From positions 806,001 to 870,000 of the forward strand of contig NEEC01000017.1 of assembly GCA_002189035.1 (NCBI GenBank): a stretch of 64,000 nt of DNA, in the 5' to 3' direction. Below, piece after piece: positions 10,173 through 23,156 of this stretch. The DNA comes from Utricularia gibba. Taxonomy: Eukaryota > Plantae > Magnoliophyta. The position numbers and the translations under genes were made by a program. Positions within the stretch are counted from its first letter, which is position 1. Each line of letters starts with the position of its first letter. Under the pieces are notes generated by a model that saw only the letters and a program-made list of their open reading frames with translations, did not search any database and was not told the DNA's origin.

Positions 10173-13100
10173 ATGGAATCGACTCCAGATGTTGCTTTAC
10201 CCGTTGCGCCGGAATTGAAAATCCATGGTAAGAGGCCGTTGCCGGAGGTGGAGGATGGGCATGTATCGGAGAGCTTGGCTCCGAAGAGGGTTAAAAGGAT
10301 GAATTCCGGCTTTGAAGAGGACGTGAAGAAGGTAGCCGAGATAGTGTTAGTTTTGTCGGCTTTGGGGAAAATGAGGGGAGGAAAAGGTCCGACCGATGTT
10401 GAAAAGGAATTGATGGAGACTGCCAGGAGTAGGTTAGCGAAGGCTTGCGAGGGTTTTACGCCCGGGGAGGTTTTTCCCAAGGACGCTTTTGGTGGGTTGA
10501 TAGAGGATTTGGGTCTTAATAAATTGAAGGATCAAAGGCTAGGTTTTCGTCCACAGAAGATATCCATTGCAGAAAAGTTGGCAGTTTCAATGAAAAAGGT
10601 CTGTCTTTTGACAAAGAAACTGGGTTTTAACTTTTCGATATATTTTTCTGTCCTCCCCATTTGATGCAACTTCATTCAATTTGAGATTCCTTACGTTATA
10701 TTACCAGATTAGATTGCCAAGTGATGAGTGGTGCGTATGCTGAATAAAATGCCAGTGATTCTGGAGCTTTTCCCATTTCTATTGAAACATGCTTAGTGTG
10801 TGGTATGTGCAACAATGATGAGCCATGACGAAAATTATGTCATCCCTTCTTTGTACTTTTTTGTTTGTTTGTTTGATTTCGGTGCTGGATCCTCATTGTC
10901 ATTTTTTTTATCAAATGATTCATCTCCGTCTGGGACGATTGTTATATTTGCCATTGCTGTTACTTCTGCTTCAACTGATTGTTATGATGATTTTTTTTCC
11001 CCTCATTGTTAGATGGCAAAAGCGGAAGAATTTGCTATTAGGTCTGCTCAGTCAACTCATCACCCAGAGAGTACTGTGCCTGCTGCTGAAGGTCGAAGTG
11101 AGTTGCATCCCATACGAACGTCAATATCAGATAAACCAATTCATGCGTCACTCTCCAGTGGAGGCTTGCAGCCTGGCCGTAACAGTAGTGTAAGCCCAGC
11201 ATCTCGTTCGTATCAGCTTCCCACCAGTGAGATTAGACCAATACCCTTGAGTGGAACAGCCCTTCCTAGAGATGATAGTTTGCACCTTAGATCAGACAGA
11301 AGATTCAGTGTTTCTACACATCCATCTCAGGCACAAGGTAAAAAAAATATTGATTTGCGTCTAAATGATTTTCTTTTTTTGTCAAGCATAGGATTTTTTT
11401 AGGTTGAGTGTATGCTAGTTAATTTTACTTGTATTCACTGATCGGCCGTAGATACCTCTAAATAGGGCTTGCTGTTCCTTTTTAGTCAACTTCTAGCCAC
11501 TCAAATTTCATGCTCCATGATGAAAAATTTCTTTTTAACGTAACAAGGCTTTTTTATAGCTTCTCATTATTTCTTTGGAAGATGTGCCCTGATGAAGAGC
11601 CATTTTGATACCCGTTCTATATCACTTGAGTTACACTAAGCCTCTATTATTTGCACAGCAGCAAACTACTCTGCTAACTCAGTGGCAAAAGCATCAACCT
11701 GGCAAGTGCAACATCATGCACCCGTGTCCTCAAATTTAGGATCTGATGTTAAAGTGCCTCTGCATAATGCTAGATCAGGATTTGTTCCTCAAACCACATC
11801 CAGAACATTTTCTGCTCAGACAATTGGAGGACTCCACCCACAAGGTGTTAGCCCTGTTCAGACGCTATCTTTGAGAAATACACATACTGAAATTGTGAAG
11901 ACTGTTCAGAAATTATTGAGGCCACAGGTTACTGAGAGCCCTACATGGGATCCACCTTCTAGAGATTATATGAACAAGGCTTTGACCTGCCAAATCTGCA
12001 TGTCCATGGCTACAGATGTGGATAGCATATTGATATGTGATGCTTGTGAGAAAGGGTATCATTATGCTAAATGCCTTGGCATGAAGGAGGTTCCAAGAGT
12101 AGAATGGCACTGCGCAAAATGCTTATCTTTGAGTAATGGCAAACCTTTACCTCCAAAATATGGCCGTGTCATGAGAAATGCTAATACAGATAAGATACCT
12201 TCAAATTCAGACACTGGACCAGCCTCCACAAGTATTCGGTCTGATGCTTCAGATGAGAAGGTCAGCCATCCAAGGGCATTCCTGAATGGTAGCATTGCAT
12301 TGGGGAGCAATAGTAATGTTGCTCTACATATCTCTGGGTCACCCCCCAGTGAGCCAAAGATGCTGGGGAGCACTAATTCATCTTTTGGTACTTCTCCTGA
12401 AAGTTTGAAGCCTTCCAATCCCATTGACACTTCAAGAACGTCTGTGGGTACACATTCGGATTCAAAACAGAATCCAACTGCAGAGGATGCCAATTTTGTT
12501 GATACATTAGTTGATGCTCCCAGTTGCCTTGAAACAAGCTCATTTGGGAAATCATGTGATGATTATGTCATGCTGGCAGACTCAAAAGACTCGCAGCAAA
12601 ATGATAGTGTTCCACATAAAGATAATGAAGACTTGCACAAATATCCTACTGAAAGTATCTTGAGTTCCAGCAATGTAAACCAGGACGTATCTTCTGTAAG
12701 TGAAACTCATGCAACCCATTGGATTGGTGAACCCATTCAAGTCTCTGGAGAAAATTATTTTTACGCATCTTGCTATATCAATGGGAATTCATATAGTGTC
12801 TCGGATCATGCTCTTATGCTCCTTGACAGTGGCAAGATTATCCCTGCAAAGATACAGGCATGTGTCATTTTTTTTTTGCTAGTTTTTTCATTCATCTTAA
12901 ATTGCGTGTGTTGATGATTTTTTTTTTTTTTTTTTATCAAACGCATTTACTTACTGTGCATAACGTAAAGAGGGAATATCTTCTTCGCAAGGAGCTGTGC
13001 CTGTTAACCAAATGGTTAAATTGCAGGCTTTTTGGGAAGATAAAACCAATGCAACGAATTGGGTCACTGCAAACCAGTGCTACTTTCCAGATGATTTTCC

Positions 13101-13653
13101 AGAATCTGTTGGACGTCCATGTGGCTTAGAAAACAATGAGGTCCGTTTCCATTTCATATTTTTGGAGTATTCATTCATTCAAGCTTTGTCTAGTAATAAA
13201 AATGCAAAACAAGGAAATCTACGTCGGTTTAAGGCTTTTGGAATAACTTCTGCTGCAGGTTTGTGAATCCACCCATAGTCATTCCTTCCCGATTAGTTCG
13301 ATATGTGGCCCTTGTCTTGTCCTTCCTCCTAGAAAATTTTCGGAAGAGAGTGAGCAGAGAGCTCGTCTGGTGGAACAGCCCATCGGTCATTTGCCTCCAC
13401 TTTATCTCTGCAAGTAAGCTTGTTGTGACATGGTTCCTCGCTTCCCCCCTGCATTTTCTCAAAAAAAGCTCACTTTTGGATAGTTTTTGCTGAGTTTTAT
13501 CGACAGAGCAAAGTTGGGTTTTTTCGTGCAAATATTGATGGGGTGTGTGTATCCAATAGGGATCATTCTCTCTACTGACTATACGGTTTTCTTCCAACTG
13601 GCAGATGGGTATACGATGAAGGAAAAGGACTCTTCAGGGATGCTTCCTTATGA
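10173..13653 (+). CDS. PHD-finger protein with C-terminal BAH-like domain
   Basis: Exons 10173-10598, 11013-11337, 11659-12857, 13027-13140, 13259-13413, 13605-13653; PHD CQICMS...ILICDACEKGYHYAKC...WHCAKC; BAH-like tail KIQ|AFWED...CYFPDD...LYLCK|WVYDEGKGLFRDASL*. Confidence 0.85.
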
Positions 13654-14556
13654 GAAGGGAACTGGCACTTCCATGTAGTTAGGTGCGTAATTCACATTGT
13701 TCGTATACTTGGAACAAAGTGTTTAATCAAAACTGCTTCTGGTTCAAAGTACTCTCCGTCTGGTTACTGTACGAGTATGCATGAAGAACTCCTGTATCTG
13801 TGGATTTCGCATTGAAAATCCCCCCCGTGTGATTACTCCACTAGTAGGTTGTTGCTGCAGAATAGCCCTTGAATTTGGCTTTTGTATGCAAAGTAGTTGT
13901 GACTGTGCGCGTTTGAGACGGGAGTCAAGAGTTTGTCTAAAACGCGAATGATCATCAGAGGATTTCCAATACGAAGGATTTGAAATTGTACTCCAGAGGA
14001 TTTAACAATCCTACGATCATCTTAGGAGTCGATATGCAGTAGTTAAGCCTCAAAAGATACAAACATCTAAAGGGGAACCGTGGAACTATCCATGGTGTGC
14101 TTGGAAGAGGCTCAGTTGCAGAAATGTGAGATGGGGCAGCCTCCTGGTTCATGGGAGAGAGCTCCCATTGGTTTGCGGTCCAATGGCTTTGTTTGTGCTA
14201 AGTTGGCTGGCTGGCTGGACTTGGGGATGCTGCAACAAGATGGTTTCCTGCTCTCTGTTCATCGATTCATGAAACCTTACGGGGACTTGACTCCATCACA
14301 GACGGATGGTCAATGGTGGCTCTTCTCCTCTTCCCAGGAACGAGTTTCAGTGACCAGAGCTGCACAGAAGAGAAGGAAAAGAATCGGTCGTTGCCTAAAG
14401 TCTTTCAACAACTGTATACGCTACCCACGATTCACGCACTTGTATGAGAAAGAAAAAACCTGCCTTTTTCACATTTCAACAACTGTCCGCCATTGATAAA
14501 CCCCACTGGTAGCTGAATTGGGCGGCGGAGCCCTAATTGCGACTGCGAAGGGAGGA

Positions 14557-15045
14557 ATGGAGAAACTGCGAGAGATATCTCCGTTTGTGAAAGAGGCGTT
14601 TCAAAAAACCCTCCGGGTTGCTGAATTCCTCTGCTCCCTCCACGTCGCCGACACCTATCTCTGCTCCATCGCGAAGCTCGTTGGTCCAAGCATGCTCCCG
14701 ACGTTCAATCACGGTACCATTGCTCTGACGGAGAGGATTTCCGGCCGTCGGGGGAAGATCGAGGTCGGAGACGTGGTCCTGATTCGCAGCCCTGAAAACC
14801 CTAGAAAAGTGATCACGAAGAGGATAAAGGGCATGGAAGGGGACACGGTTTCTTACCTCAGGGAGAATGGGGAGACGCAGAGGGTCGTGGTGCCGGAAGG
14901 GCATGTCTGGATCGAAGGTGACAATTTGGCGATGAGCAGAGATTCAAGGATCTATGGTCCTGTTCCTTCTGCTCTTCTGCATTCAAGACTTTTCATGGTG
15001 GTTTGGCCCCCTGAAGATTTCAAGTTTATCAGCAAAGCTCACTGA
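14557..15045 (+). CDS. IMP1: Mitochondrial inner membrane protease subunit 1-like (peptidase S26), intronless
   Basis: Catalytic Ser in GPSMLPT and Lys in ITKRIKG, plus HVWIEGDN...SRDSRIYGPVP motifs; a single uninterrupted ORF. Confidence 0.88.
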   Translation: MEKLREISPFVKEAFQKTLRVAEFLCSLHVADTYLCSIAKLVGPSMLPTFNHGTIALTERISGRRGKIEVGDVVLIRSPENPRKVITKRIKGMEGDTVSYLRENGETQRVVVPEGHVWIEGDNLAMSRDSRIYGPVPSALLHSRLFMVVWPPEDFKFISKAH

Positions 15046-17308
15046 CTTTCTTGCTTCCTTCAACTGTTGTTACCATAAGAACATTGCTGCCTGAATCAAG
15101 TTCCCAACTTCTTGCTCACCAACATAAACATACATACCGTGATCACCTGCAACGTTGGACTACAGCCGCTGTCCGATTAGAACTGGATAAAGATGGAGTC
15201 TTGAAGGGGAATTTTTTCAAGAGTACGAGGATGAAAATGAAGCCATCATCACCCTTCCCTCGAATTCTCTTCAAAACGCAGACAGCTGAACCATGGACTA
15301 CGGTCCAGCCTCAGCAACAAATGACCATTTGGAGCCTGTTTTCTGAATCAAATCCAATCTTTTAGCAAAACACGGAGCTTCTTCTCTCAACCACTGAAAG
15401 CATGCATCGAAGATTCAGTTCACACAAACACAATTTCAGGAGAATATAACTCATAATCAGACGAAGAAGCACAGCTGAGCTTTGAAAGGAGCAGATGACT
15501 CCTGCTGCTTGTGTGATTCTGGGCCGCTCAGTTTATTTTACAGGCCCACTACGAGCCCTTGGCCCAGCATTCGTAAACCACATCCTTTTATTAAAGTCTT
15601 TCACATTGTTTTGAAAAACATTTTAAATTTATTTTTATTTTTAGAAAAGTAAAAAATGGAAATAGAATTCAAAGGAATTTGATAACCCATTTTTATTTTT
15701 AATTTATATTCACTATAAATTGACAAATACTTCTTAGTATAATTAAAACTATTTTCAAATATTTGGTGGAATATAAAAGGCTAATTTGTAGTAAATAACA
15801 TGAAAATTTGATGAGTAGTAGTAGTATTTAATCTCACAGATTAAATATATTTGAATTTTTTATTCTATATAAAAATTATAATAAAAACATAATTCATCTT
15901 TACAATAGGTTATATTAATCATATGGTATGAAATATATTATTATCCCTCTACTCCAAAAAGAATATTTTATTCATCCACTGATTTCATTTATACGACTAA
16001 TTTTTTTTTTTAAAAAACCAATCTTTCTTTAAATAACAAAATATACATCACATTTTATTAGATCTTTTATTTGTATACAAACGAATATCATCATATCTAA
16101 TTTTCAACGAATTCATTCGAAAATGTCGGATTAGATTTTTTATTAATATAAAATATTCCTAAAATTGTTCGAAATTAGGTCATTTTCACAACTACTCACA
16201 TTTAAAACAAAAAGGGAGAAAATAGTTTTTTTTAGGGAAAAAAAGGGGGGGAGGGGCCGACACATGGGCCACGTGATATAATAACTGTCCGTCCCTTATC
16301 GGTGTCGAAATCTTGCGGCCCACATGGATTCTAGGCAGGAGGAGGTGGGACCCATTGCCGCGGATTCCGGTCTCGGCTTCTCATAAATCCTCCCTCGCAT
16401 TCCCATCCATTTTTAATAAATTTTAGAATTAAAATATAGTTTATAAATACTCTTTTGAGATTTATAAAAATGTTTTCTAATATTTTAATACTATCCATAC
16501 TATAAAAATCAATTTATACTATTTATAAAAGTAGATTTTATTAATTTAACATCTATTATTTTGATGTATATAATCCGTAATATTCAATAACTGACATTAT
16601 TAGTCTTTAATTGGACAAAATTTTGACGAAATTAGTACTCAACTAATGATTCTAATTTATTGAATATTAGAGAACTAACTATATTAAGTATTCAAATAGT
16701 AAAAAAATTATAAATACTTAAAATATAAAAATCTATTATGCCAAGCTATAAATGGAAAAGGAAAGATGTAAGGAGCAGGCAGCCCCGGGCTTTTGTTTGT
16801 GCGCCCAAGTCTGTTTGTTCCTTACAAGGTGTGGTGTGGTCTGAATGAAGAATAATGCATCGCCTCCCGGGGTTCTTTCTTTTTTATTCCCTCTGGTACT
16901 GACGCCATCCACAGTACACATCAACTCTCAGGAAAAAGAAAAAAAACAAGGGGGGAGGAGGGGAGGGGGAAACAGCAGTAGCAGATACAACACGAATCTA
17001 GAAGGAAGGAAGGAAGATGGAACAAGCCAAAGAATGCAAAAATGGGGTTCTGTTGAAGAGCAAGGAGGCAGCACCTGGGGGGATGATCCTCCGTCCTGGC
17101 CGCTCTGATCTGGAGGGACTCAAACAAAACAAACCTCGTGTCTTCACCGGAAACTCGCCATTCTTGCCCGGAAACATTCATTCCTGTTAGCCCGACCCGA
17201 CCACGAGTCGGGGTACATGTTTATAGAATCCATAGCGATACAGATGCGGTTCACAATCCACACGTTTCCCAATTCCTATGCTACTCTTGAGAAAAAAACT
17301 GGAATAGC

Positions 17309-19124
17309 CTAAGCAGCTACCCCTGGAGGAGGAAAACACAGGCAAGTTCAGTTTTGTTGCAGAATTTGATATTCGAAAGCTTCTGGTGCTAGTGTGTAGC
17401 TTCTGTCAATGGAAAAGCATTCAGATCAGCCCACACATGTATGTATGTATGTATCTATGCATAAACTTGTGTTGCGCTCTGCACTAGATGGACGACAGGG
17501 GGTTGCATATTAATTACCTCTACTGGATTGTCTATTTGGAACATCGTAGCCTACTCCATAATCATCGGACTCGCTCGAAGCAGCATTTTCAGAATTGCCA
17601 AGCCCGAAGCCAGCGAAGGAAGCAGACCTTCCAAGGGCGGTAGATGTGGTTTGCCAAGTACGATCGCCGTAGATAGAGCCGGAGCCACCAGCACCATGGT
17701 AGAAATCCCCGTATGGTGGCTCGTATTCTCTGCTTATGTTAGCAAATGAAGATGATGTGGTGACACCATTTCCACTGTTCCTCCCAAATCCTGTGCCTCC
17801 CAAGTTGTAGCTGTTTTCCCCGCCTCCAAAACCACCATTGAAGCCTGAAGAGCTCACTCCAAGCGAGGAAGCGATAGGAGAAGTGCCCCAGTTGGCTCCT
17901 ACGTTTCCAAACACTCCAAAATTCCCATTTCCAGAACCAAGGTATGAATTGAAGCCGGAGTTACTAGATGAAGTGCTGAGACCACCATTTTCCCACATAC
18001 TCCTTGGCGCTATAGTGATAGAACCCCTTGTGCTATTTGTAGTGTAACCAATAGGAGTACTGTAACGGCCCTGGTTGCTACTGATGTAAGGATTCAGGAC
18101 ACGGCCAAAGCCAATATTGTTGCTAATGTTTGCACCCCCTCCAAAGCCAACATTCAATCCTTGGTCCATATTCACACCCACCCCAAAACCAGGAGAACTG
18201 AAAGGTGATAAACCACCACGACTACTTGATAGGGGACTGTATCTACCATCCATTCTGACTCCATATCCTCCAAATGAGCTCATATTATATCCCTGGGGAT
18301 AGTTACTTAGGAAGTTGTTGGTACGGCCAAAGCCATAATTGCAACTGAGAACAGGGCTTCGGCTGGGGCCAGGAGACAATTCTTTAGGTACAGCTCTCTT
18401 TACCTCTACCATTTTACCATTTAACTCATGAAATGTCTTGTGTAACACCCTGTCCACAGCATCCTCTGAATCATAAGTTATAAAACCAAAACCTCTAGGC
18501 CTTTGGGTGTTATGGTCATACATCACGACAACGTCTGTTATCATGCCAAACTGATTGAAGTAGTTTTTAAAGTCATTTTCAGTGACCGTGGAGGGCAATC
18601 CCCCGACAAAAATCTTTTTAGTTCGACTAGGTACTGGTGATCCCTGAATGCTGCCACTGATTCGGTTCATCAGGTGCTGATCGTCCCTTGGAACAGCTTT
18701 CTTGGCTTCCACCTGGAAGAAACAACAGCAAAAATTTCAAAAAATGACTCAAGGCACAAGCACATTATCCTTAAAAAAACCCATCCACATCTAATGCAAA
18801 ACAAAGAAAAAAGGAACAAACTTCAGCATCCTCACTCATACCACTTGCAGCTACAGAGGCTCCAAGGAAGTCATTTCTAGATCATTAGGCTAAAAGACTT
18901 ACAGTTCGTCCATCAATTGTGTGCTTCTCCTTTACCACTTGTTCAGCAACAGCAGGATCAGCAAAGACAATAAAGCCAAATCCTCGAGCACGGCCTGTAG
19001 CGCGATCTCTCATGATCACAGCCTCTATTACTTCTCCATATACTCCGAAATACTCTTTGAGACGATCCTCGTTAGTGTCCCATGAAATCCCACCAATAAA
19101 AAGCTTCCCTTGATCCATTTCCAT
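17309..19124 (-). CDS. hnRNP A/B (Musashi-like) RNA-binding protein, two RRMs plus Gly-rich tail
   Basis: RRM1 KLFIGGISW...RGFGFIVF and RRM2 KIFVGGLP...RGFGFITY; exons 19124-18903, 18712-17518 and terminal micro-exon 17322-17309 ending RG|VAA*. Confidence 0.92.
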
Positions 19125-20579
19125 CTTCTATATAATGTTAACAAGCTCCCTAAGTTTGACACACTTCATTTGATCAAAGAAAAAAAAGTCAGGAAATAAT
19201 ATTGTACTCTTTAATACAAAAGTTAGCTTGATCATGAAGTTGCAAAACTAGAATCGGACGTAATCTAACGACCAAGCAACATGCTCTCATTGATTCAATC
19301 ACGAAACCACGCAGATCAAAGATGACCAATACAGAAACGAAAATACCAATTGGGAACAATCAAAAAGGCAGGTGTAACAGATCAAACCCGGGAAAACATA
19401 AATCCGACGACAAAAAACAAAAAAAAGGGGGGAAGAACAACAACTCACCCAGAAAAACAAGAGCCCAACAAAAATCAATTTTAGATATCAGCTGGGGAAT
19501 GTAGGATTCAATCTAAAATCATCGGATCCTCATGAGATTTGATTCAACTCACATAGACCTAAAAATCCAAATCAAGGGCGATACCCACAACCAGAAAAAT
19601 CCATAACAATCATCAAATGTTGGTTTCAATGCCTCACCATCAGGGTCGAAACGAAAATTAGGGTGAAATCAAGATCTAAATGAGGGAGCAATACACACAG
19701 AAAAGAGAAGGTACGCTCCCTTCTCTCCTTCTTTTCCTTCCCCTCCTCCTCCTTCACCTTCTCACCCCCAAAAGTCCTCCTCTTCCTTTTCCTGGTTTAT
19801 TCCACTTTTTTAACGAACACCCCAAAAACAAAACACACCAAAAATAAATCAGAAAACCAGCTGAATTCTCCCGAAAATCCATTTTATTTCACCCCCCCAG
19901 CCCAAGCCAAGATAAGGTGGTTGGCCTTCAACGTGCGATTGTTGGCAAAATGGACATCTCCGGCGCCAGAATTTGCCCTGTCCGAAATGAATGAAATATT
20001 CTTCTCAATTTTTTTGCAATAACAAAAGGTGAGCTGTAATTACCATAAAAACCCCACAATTATTTATTTATTTATTATTATGATTATTTTATTTACCGAT
20101 TGCTAAATAAAGTAAAGCAACATAATCCGGATTTGAGTTAATTGCAATTACCTTTTTGCCACTCGATAAAATTAGTTAAATAAATATAGAACATGGCATT
20201 TGGACCACATGTGACGTTATTGTCCCTCCCTCACACTTTCACTTTTGGGGATCCTAAAGACAAATATTGCCCCCAGGCGAACCAAGGAATTCGGCCTGTT
20301 TGCCTATTTATGATTTTAATGCACAAAATACTATGAAAATATTATTTTTTAAATAAAAATAATGTAATAAAATACATTTTTTATTTACACAAAACCAAAC
20401 AAGACTACTCTCCCTACGCCCCTAGCTGCTGTTTTAGGGTGAGTTGATGGGCCTGTTTTTGTTTATTACGAGTTGATGGGCCTACGCCCATTTGAAAATG
20501 GATCCGGGTCCCGGGTTTTGTGGCGGCTCCTGAGTCGGCGGAATTCCGGGTTAGGACCTGTGTATGGTATTCGCCGACG

Positions 20580-22692
20580 ATGAATTTGAGGAGCTTGGAT
20601 TCGATCGAGGCGGCTCTGGGTATGGTTGATGGGAAGAAGAGGAGGCTGAAACGGGCCTTCGACGAGCTGCAGTCGCGCTCCCATTTGCTGTCCTCCTTCA
20701 GTATCAAATGGGAGGATATCGATCTTCACTTTAGGTCTCTTCATTCTGAGCTCCTTGCTCAGTTGGAGGTTATCCGGGGATCCGAAGCTTTTGGGAGTAA
20801 TAACCTCTTGCAATCGGAGAGTGTGGAGGATGCGTTTTCCGTAGCGTCTTCTGTTCCGGCCCCGCCGGAAATGAAGTCTCTTTGTGAGAAGATGGACGGA
20901 TTGGGGTTGCTGCAGTACCTAATCGACCGTCGGAAGGAAAGGGCTGAAGTTGGGGCTGAATTATTAGATGCGTTCAAGCATTCTCCGGACCCGGGTTCGA
21001 TGGTTTTGGATGCACTTGGTGGATTTTGGGATGGGAAGATGCAATTGAGGTCAGTCTGCGTGATACTGTTGGAGGACTTGATGAGGTCTGGATTGCAGAT
21101 TAAATCAGAGGCGAGGGAGCGTGCGATGGCTGTAGCAGCGGAGTGGAAAGTGAAATTGGGGATCGCAGATGATGGTACTGAGGGTGAGGAAGAGAAGGAG
21201 GGACCAGAAGAGCAGCTAGGGGAGTAGATGGGCTCGCTTATTTGCACCTGTTAGCCACCTACAAACTGATGAATGAAGGCATATATGATTTGAGTGAGCT
21301 GGCTGAGTGTGTTGTTCGGAGTCCCGGGTACCGGCAGATCGTTGAGCTGTGCCGTATCCTTGTTTTGGACTCGCAGATTCCTGGTAATCAATCACTTGTT
21401 TTACCTTGCTCTTGCATCAAGGATCATTAATTGGTTACTCTATGGCCAAAATTTTTACACTTTGGAGATGTAAACCATCAGCATGCTTAGATATCTGTTT
21501 ATTTTTTCTGCACCTTCAGTCTAAACAAATGAGATGTTGATGGCATCAATTCCTCTCAGATGTCATCCTGAGGCTTATCGGTATGGGCAAGCGGCTGCTA
21601 GCTCTCAAATTCATTTTTGAGTTCGGGCTTACTGATCAGTTCCCTCCAGTGCCTTTACTGAAAGCCTATGTACTGGATTGCCAGAAAGCTGCTCAAAAGT
21701 CTCGTAAGAGTGGGAAGAGTTCTAATCAGTCATTGGTGAGATTTCTGGTTTTCGAGCTTGATATATAAGATGCCGATACCATTTAATACCATCAAGGATA
21801 TAGCTTGTTATGATGGTGAAAGAAAAATCTGCCTCGTGGATTCATAGTCATGTTCCTTTTTTTTTTTTTGAAATTTTTTTTTTAACTACCGAAAGATACA
21901 TGGGCTCCAGCATGCTTTTGTTCTTTGCCGTCAGGTCCAATTATGACATTACTTTTTCCGATAGTGCGTGCACCTTGTCAGTGCTTTTGATTTCCTTAAA
22001 TCTTATCATGTATGTGAAGCAATGCTAAACATCATGTTAGTAGAATGCTCTACTCTGAAACTTGGGTTGCTCCGCTCCCCAAATTAAATGCTGAATGTAA
22101 GAGATATGGCAGCTGTGTGTGTGATTCACAGGATTTGCTGACACACATTTTTATGTAGAATGATGCAGCAGGAAGTGAGATCAGTACGTTGAAGACAGTG
22201 ATCAGGTGCATGGAGGATCATGGTCTGGAATCCCAGTACCCAAAAGATGAACTGATGGCACGTATAGACCGGCTGGAAATAGAAAAGGCTGCCCGGAAAA
22301 AGTCCCCATCCGGCGTTGCAGCACAGCCCAAGCATCTGGTAAAGAAACCCAAGCTCAATGGAAGGAAACAAGTGAAGAAAGCCAGCGGCCCATCTACTTC
22401 CATCCCCAAACGTCATGCTCCTGCCATCCTCCCTCCTCCACAGCATCTTTTTCCGCCAGGGACGCTTCTGCTGCCTGATCAGTCAGCTCCATACCTGGCT
22501 GGTGCCTACGGCGCCACCGCCCCTTTTGCCGCCGGTTCTGCAAATTTGGATCCATCTGCAGGCAAGTACAGGCTTCCAGGTGCTCACATTGTCTTTTCCG
22601 GGAGCAGAGGTCCATTTAACACCAACCCACATTCTGTAGAAACCAATGGGCACCTTGTTCAACATGACACAACATTAGGTTCTTCCGCATGA
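20580..22692 (+). CDS. FRL: FRIGIDA-like protein, frameshifted as sequenced
   Basis: KRRLKRAFDELQSRSHLLSSFSIKWEDIDLHF, PDPGSMVLDAL, LKFIFEFGLTDQFPPVPLLKAYV, LKTVIRCMEDHGLE motifs; three-exon layout; frame break at 21219-21227. Confidence 0.85.
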
Positions 22693-23156
22693 GCCATTTT
22701 CAACACATGCCTTCCCTTTGCATTGATAGGACCCTTTTGCCCCTCATCATGGACCTAAAATTCATTCTAAATCTAACTTTCAGAATGGTGAATATGTAAT
22801 TTCACGTGTACGGAATTCCAACCCTCAATAAAATAAAAGAAAATGTATATTATTTAAAAATTGAATATTTAATCTTAAATCTGGAATTAAATACAGGTAA
22901 TGAATTATTTGGGATAGAGAGAGAGGTTGGAGACAGAAAACAGTGAAATGACTTATCTTGTAATAACTGGTGCCGTACTCTTACAACTGACACAACATGA
23001 AATTACGTGCATACCCCTGATAAAAATACCAAAAAAAAAAATAAATAGAATAAAAAAAAGATATTTCGACAGTGGTAAGTGAAGAGTAGTAATAATAGAT
23101 GGGTTGGGTTCGGGTTTTCCTCTGACAATCTTCTTCCTCGCCATAATTTCTCATCG

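Noticed and set aside
5833-17208. Shared 13-mer CCCGACCACGAGT near 5833 and near 17196, with a short hairpin at the second site
   Set aside because: Exact 13-mer matches are expected by chance in 64 kb and the two contexts are unrelated.
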